DNA of 64,000 nucleotides from a virus (Duplodnaviria; Caudoviricetes): IMG/VR virus record IMGVR_UViG_638275818_000001, positions 1 to 64,000 of that record; one strand, 5' to 3'. Shown piece by piece: positions 19,924 to 29,914 of this stretch (position 1 is its first letter; each line of letters starts with the position of its first letter). The notes under the pieces were generated by a model. It saw only the letters and a program-made list of their open reading frames with translations, ran no database searches and was not told where the DNA came from. The position numbers and the translations under genes were made by a program.

Positions 19924-20112
19924 TTTTTGCAGTGAACCTCTAGTAATGTTTTGGGTTAATTTTACAAATAGTGTTGTAACATAGATATACCAATATGTCT
20001 AGCTATTTATTATAAAAAATGGCTCACTGCAAAATTTAATGATTTTATACTAAAAATAAGATGAAAAATGTGGATCGATATAGTATAATAGAGATATGAA
20101 AAGAAAAATAGT
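19924..20112 (+). promoter_or_regulatory. CRISPR leader
   Basis: AT-rich; inverted TTTTGCAGTGAACC / GGCTCACTGCAAAA as in clostridial I-B leaders; TATAAT near 20084. Confidence 0.65.
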
Positions 20113-20274
20113 GTATTAATTAGACTATATTAGTTATAAAGTTTTGCAGTAGGTTTGAATATATTCATTAAGTCAACGTGTATTAATTGAACTATGTTAG
20201 TTATAAACAGTTACAAAATATGCAATTTTCATCGGTACTATTTCTGTATTAATTGAACTATGTTAGTTATAAAT
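20113..20274 (+). CRISPR. Mini CRISPR array: 3 repeats, 2 spacers
   Basis: GTATTAATTGAACTATGTTAGTTATAAAN at 20113 (3 internal mismatches), 20180, 20246; spacers of 38 and 37 nt; resembles clostridial I-B repeats. Confidence 0.9.
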
Positions 20275-20473
20275 GAGTCATTAAAATCTATCTTTTATGA
20301 TAATGGAAATTAAATTAAAGAATTTCAAAAATAACTGTTGACATAAATGGAAAACAGTAGTAGAATAATAAATGTGGAAAGAAAATATAAAGTTAGTATG
20401 GGTTGGAACATTTTGTTCAAGCCCTTTACATAAAAATATTAACAAAATTAAATTAAGTAAGAGGAGGAATTAT

Positions 20474-21196
20474 ATGACGAATAGTTTAATGATTTTTGAA
20501 GGTTCAGAGTTAGAAATTTTAACAAAAGAGGATGTAAATTTTGAGTTTGAAGGCACAGTTTTATTCAATGGCAAACAAGTATGTGAGATATTAGAGTATA
20601 ATATAAACAACTACGCTAGAGAAATTACTAAGTATTGTGATGAAGAAAATGTATACATGGTTACCAAAGATAAACTTGTTCCTTTGAATGACACGAGTAA
20701 AGAATACGTTCCAATCACATTAGGACAAAGGGGTACAAAGTTTATAAATGAAGATGGTGTATGGCGGATGTTAAATAAATCTACAAAATATTCTTTAATT
20801 AAGAAAAAAGAAATATTAAAAATTTTTCATGAAAAAAGCTTATTACTAAACAAAACTTTTGAAAATAATGCGATCTCAAGTGAGAGAAGTGAAATACGAT
20901 TTTTAGAAAAAATTGAAGAGTCGTTGGTTCCATTTTACATTAGAGGTACAAAACAATACCCTATATTAAATTTTAAAATAGATTATTACATTCCTAAATT
21001 AAATATAGCAATCGAATACGATGAAAATGATCATAGTGATTATACATATGAACAACAAGAAGGTAGACAAAGAAAAATTGAAAAGGAATTAGGATGTAAA
21101 TTTATAAGAGTGAGTGATAAAAATACTGATGAATATAATATAGGATTTGTTATAAAAAATATAATAAAAATAAGAGGGGAGGAATTATTAGTATAG
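20474..21196 (+). CDS. BRO-N + DUF559-like endonuclease domain protein
   Basis: GAGGAGG RBS at 20461; FNGKQVCEILEY...FINEDGV; KIDYYIP..IAIEYDENDH..FIRV. Confidence 0.7.
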   Translation: MTNSLMIFEGSELEILTKEDVNFEFEGTVLFNGKQVCEILEYNINNYAREITKYCDEENVYMVTKDKLVPLNDTSKEYVPITLGQRGTKFINEDGVWRMLNKSTKYSLIKKKEILKIFHEKSLLLNKTFENNAISSERSEIRFLEKIEESLVPFYIRGTKQYPILNFKIDYYIPKLNIAIEYDENDHSDYTYEQQEGRQRKIEKELGCKFIRVSDKNTDEYNIGFVIKNIIKIRGEELLV

Positions 21197-21438
21197 GGGA
21201 TAGAATTCAATTCACTAATGAAGTTAATCGAATTGCTAGAGCCACAGGTAAACAACAAAGCGAAATATACAATCTTACATATACTAAATTTAAAAGCATG
21301 TATGGTATAGATTTGCATGCTAGATCCAAAAATAGACAAGCTGAAATACAAAACAAAAGACTAAAACAAGGTAAAAAGGCGTACGCTCCTGCAACATTGA
21401 AAAGTAAAGCGAATAATTTAGTGATTGCAAGTGAATGA
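21190..21438 (+). pseudogene. Startless antirepressor C-terminal-like fragment
   Basis: Open frame SIGDRIQFTNEVNRIARATGK...YTKFKSMYGIDLHARSKN with no ATG at its 5' end. Confidence 0.4.
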
Positions 21439-21589
21439 ATCTAAATTGCAAGAATATATATTAAAAATAGCGAAAAAATACAGAGAATCTAAAAAAGAAG
21501 ATAGAATTAAGGTAGGACAAAGGATTAATTGTCATATAGATTAGTAATTAAAAATAAAATTAATATCAATAAGAAAGAGAGGAAGAAAA

Positions 21590-22507
21590 ATGAATAAAGA
21601 ACAGTTGTTAAATATTATGAAGGTATTAGCAAACAATGAAGTTGTAGAGGCTCATAAAAAAGATTTAGTTAATTTGCATGGGGATACCAATACACCACAA
21701 GTAACGAGATTATTAGATATATTAGAGAAGAAAGGGTATATAAGTACAATAGAAAAAACTAAAAATTTAGGTAGAGGTAAATGGACTCCATATAAGTGGA
21801 AAATTAATGAAAATGTTAATATTCCTAAAGATAACAACCGTGACAACGTAAAGTTGACAGATGTTATTAATAAAAATACTAATGACTATGAAAATGTGAT
21901 TAATATATTCAATTATCAGCAAGAGAAATTCAATAATATTGATATTGATGTGATAGACACAGAGAAGGGCAAAGTAATACCTGTATCTAATATTTATAAT
22001 GCTTTAGGACTAAGTAGACAAGCAATTTATCAATTATTGGATAGAAATAAAGAGTTGTTTGATGGAATGATATTTAATATAAATATGGGAGATGGTGATA
22101 GAATATGTGTAAATAAAGAAGGAATAATTGGATTATTGATGAAAATGCAGTATGAAAGATTAAAGGAAGATAAAAAACAATTGGTATTGCAATTTCAAAA
22201 ATGGTGCATGAAAACTTTAAGCAAACTTGTGTCTAATGGTAAGGTAGAACTAAAGGATCAAGAACAACAAGAAGTTAAAAATAACATAGGTAAAACAACA
22301 GGATTGAGCGATAAAGATATAGATAAACTATTTGGAGACATAGAAGAATTATTATACAATAAATTACATATATTGCATGAAGCTGTGAACGAATTAAAAG
22401 ATGAGAGAAATAATTGTAAAATCATAGCCGAATCTGAAAAACAAAGAAGTGAAAGACTGATAGCTAAGACAGTAGAATTAAGAGAAAAGATTTATAGTAT
22501 TAGATAG
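21590..22507 (+). CDS. HTH + antirepressor-like protein
   Basis: wHTH-like N-terminus; IPVSNIYNALGLSRQ P22_AR-like segment; coiled-coil C-terminus. Confidence 0.5.
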   Translation: MNKEQLLNIMKVLANNEVVEAHKKDLVNLHGDTNTPQVTRLLDILEKKGYISTIEKTKNLGRGKWTPYKWKINENVNIPKDNNRDNVKLTDVINKNTNDYENVINIFNYQQEKFNNIDIDVIDTEKGKVIPVSNIYNALGLSRQAIYQLLDRNKELFDGMIFNINMGDGDRICVNKEGIIGLLMKMQYERLKEDKKQLVLQFQKWCMKTLSKLVSNGKVELKDQEQQEVKNNIGKTTGLSDKDIDKLFGDIEELLYNKLHILHEAVNELKDERNNCKIIAESEKQRSERLIAKTVELREKIYSIR

Positions 22508-22934
22508 TCAATAAAAAAATTAAATTAAATTTGGAGGAAATACAAAATGGCAATTAGTTCAAGAATTAAAGAGATGGCAAAGCAACAATTTTTATTAAAA
22601 AGAGATAACGTAATATCTAAAGCAACTCGAAAAGCAAAACAGGAACAGTATGAAATTCTATTTGGTGGTCATTCAGCTAAAATGCAAGGTAAAACAATAC
22701 ATATATAAATTTAAATATACTTTTAACGGTAACAAACATCCATTCTTTTATAATTATATAAAATTAAATTAAAAATAAGTATTGACATTAACACTCCTAT
22801 TTGATATACTTATAATAAGTTAAGGAAAGAAATAAATAAATGTTAACGGAAATAAATTAAAAAAATGTGTTGACAGTGTAAAAAATAAGTGGTAAAATTA
22901 AGTTAATAAATAATTAAAGAGGAGTGGATATTAA

Positions 22935-23597
22935 ATGTTAAAAGGATTAGAGGCTTTAAAATCGATACAGAGGAATATGGAAATTAAGAGAGGTGATGTG
23001 TGGATAGTCGACATACCAAAGGAAGCTAGAGAAATTTTTGGGAATAATATTCAGATAGGGCTAAGACCTTGTATAATAATTTCAGGTGAAGGTAATAACA
23101 GACATGCCAACATAGTAAACATATTACCTATAAGTAGTAAAGTCAATAAGGTGTACCCACAACATACCGAAATCAATACATATGACGACTTAAGAGATTG
23201 TGGATTATCTAAAAGAAGTATTGTTTTATCTGAACAAATGATGACAATAGACAAAAGTAAATTGATAGATAAATTAGGAAGGGCTAATTCAAAATTAATG
23301 GAAAGAGTAGAAAAAGGATTAGATGTTCAACAAGGTAAAAATTTAAGAGATGTATCAAGAGGTAATTATATACAAAATTTAAATAAACAAAATTTTAGTT
23401 TTAAAAAAGCGTTTGACAAAATAACAATGCTAAATAAAGCCAAAGAATTAGATGCAGAATTGTATATGTATCTTTATTCAGAACTTAAAGAATATTGCGA
23501 AAGCTATAAGATCAAATATTATGAAGTGGTGAGTAAGTATAACAATAGCAGACTTAATCCTGCAATGATGAATAATATGGTTTCTGCAAGTTGTTAA
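22935..23597 (+). CDS. PemK/MazF family protein with C-terminal extension
   Basis: KRGDVWIVD...Q.GLRPCIIIS...PISS...EQMMTIDKSKL. Confidence 0.85.
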   Translation: MLKGLEALKSIQRNMEIKRGDVWIVDIPKEAREIFGNNIQIGLRPCIIISGEGNNRHANIVNILPISSKVNKVYPQHTEINTYDDLRDCGLSKRSIVLSEQMMTIDKSKLIDKLGRANSKLMERVEKGLDVQQGKNLRDVSRGNYIQNLNKQNFSFKKAFDKITMLNKAKELDAELYMYLYSELKEYCESYKIKYYEVVSKYNNSRLNPAMMNNMVSASC

Positions 23598-23710
23598 CTA
23601 TTGTACACAGTAACAAAAGATAACAAATTAAGGAAATTGGGGGAAATAAAATGATTAAATGTAGGAGTAATAGACACCCCTCGGATAGACAAAATATAGG
23701 CTTAACTGTA

Positions 23711-23776
23711 TCTAGGTGGCTATTCTAATTTAATATAATAGTAAATAAAAATGTTAAATTAGAATAGCCACCTAGA
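23711..23776. repeat. Perfect 23-bp inverted repeat
   Basis: TCTAGGTGGCTATTCTAATTTAA-N20-TTAAATTAGAATAGCCACCTAGA. Confidence 0.9.
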
Positions 23777-23807
23777 CGAAAATTAAAAACAAAAAGGAGA
23801 GATTAAA

Positions 23808-24464
23808 ATGAAACCAATAATAACTGATTATATAATTAAACAATATAGAAAAGAAATCAAAACTGATAAAAAGCTAGATGATGTAGTCATAAAGAAGAAA
23901 ATAGAAGCTTTAGTTGAAGTAGCAAGCAAAAATGTTATTAATAATAAATGTATATATAACTACCAAGGAAATGTAATAATAGTGGAAATTCTAACAAACA
24001 AATTAACAGAAGCTAATTTTGCATACTTAAAAAATACACCAGAATTAAAAGAGGCATATATCAAAGTAGGACTGACTGAAAATGGAAATAAACTGGTTTA
24101 TCATAATACGCTACCTACGGCAAAAGAAGTTAAAAAAATAATCAAAAACAACAAATATAACATAAAATTCTCATTAGATGAAAATCAATTGTATCCGTTA
24201 CATTTCGTTTCAGGAAATGATGAATTTGTAGCTAGATTGGATCATAATAATCTGTTTGAGGTTAAACATTTAAATGATAAATTCTTCTTAAAGGGACATA
24301 ATAAAAACAAGCTACATAGTCACCTGCAAAGAAGATATGGTAAATTAACAGACATGTTAGAATCCATTCATAATCATACTAGATTTCAACTGGAGCAAGA
24401 TTATAGAGACAAACAATTATTAAATTTATTAGGGATAAATAGTATGAACATAGTCAACTGTTAA
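23808..24464 (+). CDS. Hypothetical protein
   Basis: ORF with AGGAG RBS. Confidence 0.7.
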   Translation: MKPIITDYIIKQYRKEIKTDKKLDDVVIKKKIEALVEVASKNVINNKCIYNYQGNVIIVEILTNKLTEANFAYLKNTPELKEAYIKVGLTENGNKLVYHNTLPTAKEVKKIIKNNKYNIKFSLDENQLYPLHFVSGNDEFVARLDHNNLFEVKHLNDKFFLKGHNKNKLHSHLQRRYGKLTDMLESIHNHTRFQLEQDYRDKQLLNLLGINSMNIVNC

Positions 24465-24629
24465 TTAAGACTTAAAATGAGAAATAAAATATAAAATGTT
24501 ATACTATTAAGTTAAAATATGTTTATTTTTTAATTAATTTGTGGTATTATATAAAAGAAGCCATAATGTTTATTTAAAAATAATCTTCGGCAAGATTAAA
24601 ATAGATAATATGTAACGGAGGAAATAAAA

Positions 24630-26030
24630 ATGAAAATAAAAAGTCGAGATGAATTAGGAAAAATAAAAAATGAAATAGACGAATTGTTAGAAGAAGAACT
24701 CCCTAAAATGTATGCTTTATATCCTAAAATGGTATATGATGTAGCAGACGTTTTAGAAGATAAAAACATAATGATAGGAACTGTAAGTGGTTTGTTTGGA
24801 GGAATAAATCCAATATACAAATTAGAGGAAATCAAAGAGTTAGGAAGCTTTTTGAAGGCGGTTTACGAAGTTGGGAAAAGATATGCTAAGAATAACATAT
24901 TAGTTATTCCTAATTTAGAAAAGCTAAACCCAGAGAATTTTTACACTGAAACAGAAATTAATGCAATTAATTTATATAAGAAAGATATAATAAAAGAAAG
25001 TAATATAATGAAGTTATTTGTAAGAAAAAATGCAGAAAATCATTATGTATGTGCTTATATATCAATGGTAGAGTATATAGATTATTATAAAAGAGGATTA
25101 ATAAATTACAATCCTAATACACAAAGAGAAACAACTAAAAAGGTTGTTGATGGTCAAATAAATGAATTTATTACAATTTATCCAAAAAATATCGATAAAA
25201 TATATAAAAATCTAAAAAATGATAAGTTTGATCCTAATATGTTGACTCTAAATATTAGAGATAACAAAGACGATAATCCTCAATTTGATGATGGAGGTAT
25301 GAATATTGGGGATTATGGATGGCTAAAAATTAAAGTTGACAGTAAAGAACGTTCTTACGTTGATTTACTCGATGGTCAACATAGAACAACCGCACAGGAA
25401 AGATATGTAGAAGAATATCCAAATACAGATAAATATAATATGTTGAGTATATTTATATTTAATGAAGAACAAGCTATTCATCATATCATTCAGGAAAACT
25501 CAGGTACAAAAATTGATGAAACATCTCTACAAAGACGTGATCCTGATAACAAAGGTGTTGCGATAGCAAAGGAATTAAAAACACTAAGTAAAGAATTAAC
25601 AATAGCAGATGACTTAATTGAGTTGACACAACATAAAAAGTATACAGATATAATAACATTAGGTTCAGCTATAAATAATTGTTTTACAATTGATGGTAGA
25701 CGAGAATATAAAAAAGTTAAAGAATATTTAAGCGATTTCTTTGATGTTGCCATAGATTGCTATAGGGATTATTTTAATAAAGATAATTTGCAACCTAAAG
25801 AATTATTTTATAGAAAAAACACATTTGTAGCCTTTTGTTATATTGCTAAAAAATTGTATCAAAAAGACAACTGGGAAGACTTGGCGTTTGACATATTTGA
25901 TACATTACAAATAGAAGAAATTGAAAGTATAGCAAGTAATAGAAAGATATTAAAGCCAAGTGATTATAAAATTATATCTAATAAAATTCAGAATATACTA
26001 GAGAAAAGCGAGGTGGCAATAGATGGCTAA
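24630..26030 (+). CDS. DGQHR (ParB/DndB-like) protein, SPbeta YopQ-like
   Basis: YNPNTQR and LLDGQHR motifs; overlaps the MrpR-like gene. Confidence 0.75.
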   Translation: MKIKSRDELGKIKNEIDELLEEELPKMYALYPKMVYDVADVLEDKNIMIGTVSGLFGGINPIYKLEEIKELGSFLKAVYEVGKRYAKNNILVIPNLEKLNPENFYTETEINAINLYKKDIIKESNIMKLFVRKNAENHYVCAYISMVEYIDYYKRGLINYNPNTQRETTKKVVDGQINEFITIYPKNIDKIYKNLKNDKFDPNMLTLNIRDNKDDNPQFDDGGMNIGDYGWLKIKVDSKERSYVDLLDGQHRTTAQERYVEEYPNTDKYNMLSIFIFNEEQAIHHIIQENSGTKIDETSLQRRDPDNKGVAIAKELKTLSKELTIADDLIELTQHKKYTDIITLGSAINNCFTIDGRREYKKVKEYLSDFFDVAIDCYRDYFNKDNLQPKELFYRKNTFVAFCYIAKKLYQKDNWEDLAFDIFDTLQIEEIESIASNRKILKPSDYKIISNKIQNILEKSEVAIDG

Positions 26031-27129
26031 AAAAAGACAATATAAAAGAAGATTTGTTACAGAAGAAAAAATGTATAATGAAGATATAAAAAATAGATTT
26101 ATAGACTATTTCTACGATAACGAACAAACTAAAGAAAGTATAAAAAGAACCTTTTATTTAACAAATTGTTACATGGAATCAGATTTAGATAAAGATGTCT
26201 ATGATTTCAATAAATATGAGATAGAAAATTTATTAAAGTCATTTAAAGCCACATCCGAAGGTAGTTTAGGAGTTAGATTGGCTCATTTAAAGAAATATAT
26301 CGATTTTTGTATTAGCATGGGTATTAGAGCTAATGCAATAAATTTCTGCGATAGTATAACAAATTTAAAAGATTATGTTGTTAGAAATATGGATAAATAT
26401 AAATATATAACTAGAGAACAGTTATATAATATTTGTGAAACTATACCTAGCGCACAAACGGCGATAATTTTTATACTAGCATTTGAAGGTATAGTAGGTA
26501 AAGATAAATGTGAAATGCGAAATTTAAAAATTGAAGATATAGATTTTGAAAATAGAACAATTACGGTACGTGCGTATGATGAAGTTAATCCACGTACAGG
26601 TGAGATAGTTTATAAGCCTGAAAGGGTATTAAAAAATGTAGATCCAAGAACTTTACAATATATACAAGATGCTATAAACGAAACAGTTATGGTTTTACCA
26701 GAAAATAAATCCTTTACTAGTCCAGAAATAGAAGTAGAAAAAATGCGAGGAGCTAGAGATGAACGCAATAGGATTTTTTATCTTGTTAAAACAGATTACG
26801 TATTAAGAAAATCTGCATCTAAGGGGGAGGATACTGAGTATAGTGAGGAACTAAATGAACCTATTCCATCTCCTACAATCCAGACTCGAATTTACAATGC
26901 TATAAATTTCTTTGTGGGCAATGAAAGCGAAGAAATGTATTTTGTAAAAAAACTCAATGCTACTTCTTTAGAACAAAGTGGTATGATAGAAGAATTAGAA
27001 AAAATTGAAAAACAAAAAGGTGATCTAAAAGTATCTGATTTTAAATATGTAATAGAATCTAGGAATAAAAAAACATATTATTCATTAAAAAGATTATGGG
27101 ATAATATCAAACAAGAAATGGATAATTAA
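26023..27129 (+). CDS. MrpR/YopR-like repressor with tyrosine-recombinase fold
   Basis: MYNEDIKNRF, KDVYDFN..EIENLL, LAFEGIVG...EMRNLKIEDID; lacks canonical catalytic Arg. Confidence 0.7.
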   Translation: MAKKRQYKRRFVTEEKMYNEDIKNRFIDYFYDNEQTKESIKRTFYLTNCYMESDLDKDVYDFNKYEIENLLKSFKATSEGSLGVRLAHLKKYIDFCISMGIRANAINFCDSITNLKDYVVRNMDKYKYITREQLYNICETIPSAQTAIIFILAFEGIVGKDKCEMRNLKIEDIDFENRTITVRAYDEVNPRTGEIVYKPERVLKNVDPRTLQYIQDAINETVMVLPENKSFTSPEIEVEKMRGARDERNRIFYLVKTDYVLRKSASKGEDTEYSEELNEPIPSPTIQTRIYNAINFFVGNESEEMYFVKKLNATSLEQSGMIEELEKIEKQKGDLKVSDFKYVIESRNKKTYYSLKRLWDNIKQEMDN

Positions 27130-27221
27130 GAATAACAAAAAATAAAATTATAAGGAGTTAGCCAATTAACTCCTTATAAAAAAGAAATATAGAAAAATAA
27201 ATTAAAGTGAGGGAAATATAA

Positions 27222-27593
27222 ATGAAAAGTAGATTAGATAGAGAATTAATCATAAATGGATGTAAGGAAAGAGAATTAAAGGTACAAGCAATATATAATA
27301 AAAAAGGCAATATCTTTGATTGTAGACATGAAATAATTAAAACAAGAAAATTACAAGATGACTTGAGCTTAGAACAATTCCAAGAGGATTTTAATGAAAA
27401 CAACATAGATAAATTAAAAAAAGATTTTGAAAAATTAGATTTAATACATAAAAGACAAAAGGAAATATATACAATATTACATATAATGCAGATTAATAAT
27501 TGGACAATTAAGGATATTTACAGAGAATATGAAAGTGGTTACACACGTAATGTTTTAGCATTATTATCAAAACCAAATAAAAACATTTGTTAA
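27222..27593 (+). CDS. Hypothetical protein
   Basis: ORF with RBS. Confidence 0.6.
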   Translation: MKSRLDRELIINGCKERELKVQAIYNKKGNIFDCRHEIIKTRKLQDDLSLEQFQEDFNENNIDKLKKDFEKLDLIHKRQKEIYTILHIMQINNWTIKDIYREYESGYTRNVLALLSKPNKNIC

Positions 27594-27650
27594 CATTGTT
27601 AAAACATTATATAATATAAAAATAAATTAAATAAGAAAGGATGTTTTAAT

Positions 27651-29600
27651 ATGGAAAATCAAATTCAAAGAGTAAAAAAGTTAATAAAAGAATTGAATGA
27701 CGCTAGTAATAAATATTACAACAGCGATAAAACTGTAATGACAGATAAAGAATGGGATGATAAATATGAAGAATTAAAACAATTAGAACAAGAAACTGGA
27801 GTAGTATTCAGTAATTCTCCTACTCAAAAAGTAGGATATGAAGTGAAGAGCAAATTAGATAAAGTCGTACATAACATACCACTAAAATCATTAGAAAAAA
27901 CAAAGTCCATAAATAATTTAGAGAAGTTCATAAGGGGAAAAACAATAATAATAATGGATAAGGGTGATGGATTAACTTGTGAATTGATATATGAGAACGG
28001 TGAATTAATCCAAGGAAGCACAAGGGGCAATGGGACTATTGGAGAGGATATTACGCATAATGTTAAGACATTTAAAAATATTCCTTTACAAATAGACTTC
28101 AAAGGATATTTGAAATTATCTGGAGAGTCTGTAATACTGGATAGAGATTTTGAATTAATTAACTCAAAGTTAGATGAAGCAGATAAATATTCGAATTCAA
28201 GGAATTTAGTTGCAGGAAGCGTTAGGCAATTAGATTCTAAAATATGCAGTAATAGAAATGTTAGATTTTATGCGTTTAATTTATTAGAGTGTGAAAATGT
28301 TGATTTTAAAACAAAAGAGGATCAGTTTAAATTCTTAAATCAATTAGGATTTGAAATTATAGAATATACTAAATGCGATCCAAAACAAGATTTAGAAGGA
28401 ATAATATCAAATATGCAAAAGTCAGCCTATGAGAGAGGATTTCCTATTGATGGACTTGTATTTACTTATAATGATATAAAATATGCTAATTCATTAGGAG
28501 ATACTCTTCATCATCCATTACATAGTATAGCTTATAAATTTTATGATGAAGAGTATGAAACTAAATATATAACTACAGAATGGCAAGTATCACGTACAGG
28601 AATGATTAATCCAGTTGCAAAATTTGAGCCTGTTGAAATCGAAGGAAGTGTGATAGAACGTGCTACATTGCATAATTTAGATTATTTTCAAGATTTAAAA
28701 CTAGGGCAAGGAGATACAATAAAGGTTATAAAAGCAAATCAGGTTATTCCAAAGGTTATGAGCAATAAGACTATGAGTAATGCCGAAGTAATTCCAATAG
28801 AATGTCCTGTATGTGGAGGTAAAACAGAAGAAAAGTTATTGAAGACTGCAAGAGTATTAATATGTACCAATCTTGAATGTTCAGCTAAGCACATATCAAG
28901 AATTACTCATTATTGTAGTAGAAATGCTATGAATATAGATGGCTTATCAGAAAAAACGATAGAAAAATTCGTAAATTTAGGATATTTAAAAGATATAGAT
29001 GATATATATAATCTTGAACAGTACAAAGAAGAAATTATTAATATAGACGGATTTGGTCTTAAATCTTATAACAACATGATAGAAGCAATTGAAAAATCCA
29101 AGCACTGTAAATTAGAGAATTTTATATTTGCATTAGGTATACAAAATGTAGGATTAGGAACTGCTAAGCTATTAGTTAAGAAATTTAAAAGTATAGATAA
29201 AATAATGAATTGTAATTTAGAAGAAATATACAGTATTGATGGAATAGGAGACGTAGTAGGAAACGAAATATATAAATATTTTGTTATTAATCAAGATAGT
29301 ATAAATCTAGTTAGTAAATTATTAAAATATATTGATTTTGAAGAAGTTAAGGAAAATAACAGTAATAAGTTACAAGGAAAAACTTTTGTTATTACAGGTG
29401 ACGTTCATATATTTAAAAATAGAAATGAAATAAAAGCTAAAGTTGAAGAAATGGGTGGTAAGGTAACAGGATCAGTTTCAAAGAAAACAAACTACCTTAT
29501 AAATAATGATTCAGAGTCTGCGTCAAGTAAAAATAAAAAAGCCAAAGATTTAAATATTCCTATTATTACAGAAGAAGAATTTTTGGGAATGATAAAGTAA
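27651..29600 (+). CDS. ligA: NAD-dependent DNA ligase
   Basis: KGDG adenylation motif, TRGNG, DGLV, Zn finger, HhH, BRCT. Confidence 0.97.
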   Translation: MENQIQRVKKLIKELNDASNKYYNSDKTVMTDKEWDDKYEELKQLEQETGVVFSNSPTQKVGYEVKSKLDKVVHNIPLKSLEKTKSINNLEKFIRGKTIIIMDKGDGLTCELIYENGELIQGSTRGNGTIGEDITHNVKTFKNIPLQIDFKGYLKLSGESVILDRDFELINSKLDEADKYSNSRNLVAGSVRQLDSKICSNRNVRFYAFNLLECENVDFKTKEDQFKFLNQLGFEIIEYTKCDPKQDLEGIISNMQKSAYERGFPIDGLVFTYNDIKYANSLGDTLHHPLHSIAYKFYDEEYETKYITTEWQVSRTGMINPVAKFEPVEIEGSVIERATLHNLDYFQDLKLGQGDTIKVIKANQVIPKVMSNKTMSNAEVIPIECPVCGGKTEEKLLKTARVLICTNLECSAKHISRITHYCSRNAMNIDGLSEKTIEKFVNLGYLKDIDDIYNLEQYKEEIINIDGFGLKSYNNMIEAIEKSKHCKLENFIFALGIQNVGLGTAKLLVKKFKSIDKIMNCNLEEIYSIDGIGDVVGNEIYKYFVINQDSINLVSKLLKYIDFEEVKENNSNKLQGKTFVITGDVHIFKNRNEIKAKVEEMGGKVTGSVSKKTNYLINNDSESASSKNKKAKDLNIPIITEEEFLGMIK

Positions 29601-29731
29601 TAAATTATAGGGGAATATTAATATTTCCCCTATAGATAAAATTCAAGTTTTATATAAAACAAAATTAAATTAAAAAATAGTTGACATTAAGAGATAATAA
29701 GAATATAATAATAATTGAGAGGAGAAATAAA

Positions 29732-29914
29732 ATGTTAATAGAATCAAAAGATATAGAAAAATTAATTAATACATATAAAGTACAAATGAAGACTTGCAAA
29801 GAAATGCTAGAAGATAATCCTATAAGTATAGCTGATAATGAATACTTAGAAACTAGAATCAATACTTATAGAGATGTAATATGGGATTTAAAAAGAATTA
29901 TAGGAGGGTGTTAA
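29732..29914 (+). CDS. Hypothetical protein
   Basis: GAGGAG RBS; the track start is the TTG of a -35 box. Confidence 0.6.
   Translation: MLIESKDIEKLINTYKVQMKTCKEMLEDNPISIADNEYLETRINTYRDVIWDLKRIIGGC

Noticed and set aside
19925-20150. Spacer 1 begins TTTTGCAGT, matching both arms of the leader inverted repeat (possible autoregulation)
   Set aside because: Only 9 nt match, no extension, and the spacer reads like foreign coding sequence; probably chance, though not excluded
14067-20274. CRISPR-associated transposon (CAST)
   Set aside because: No tnsA/B/C or tniQ, and no Tn7-like ends
26023-27129. Active integrase
   Set aside because: Recombinase-like fold but the catalytic R/HxxR residues are not recognisable; better fits an MrpR-type repressor
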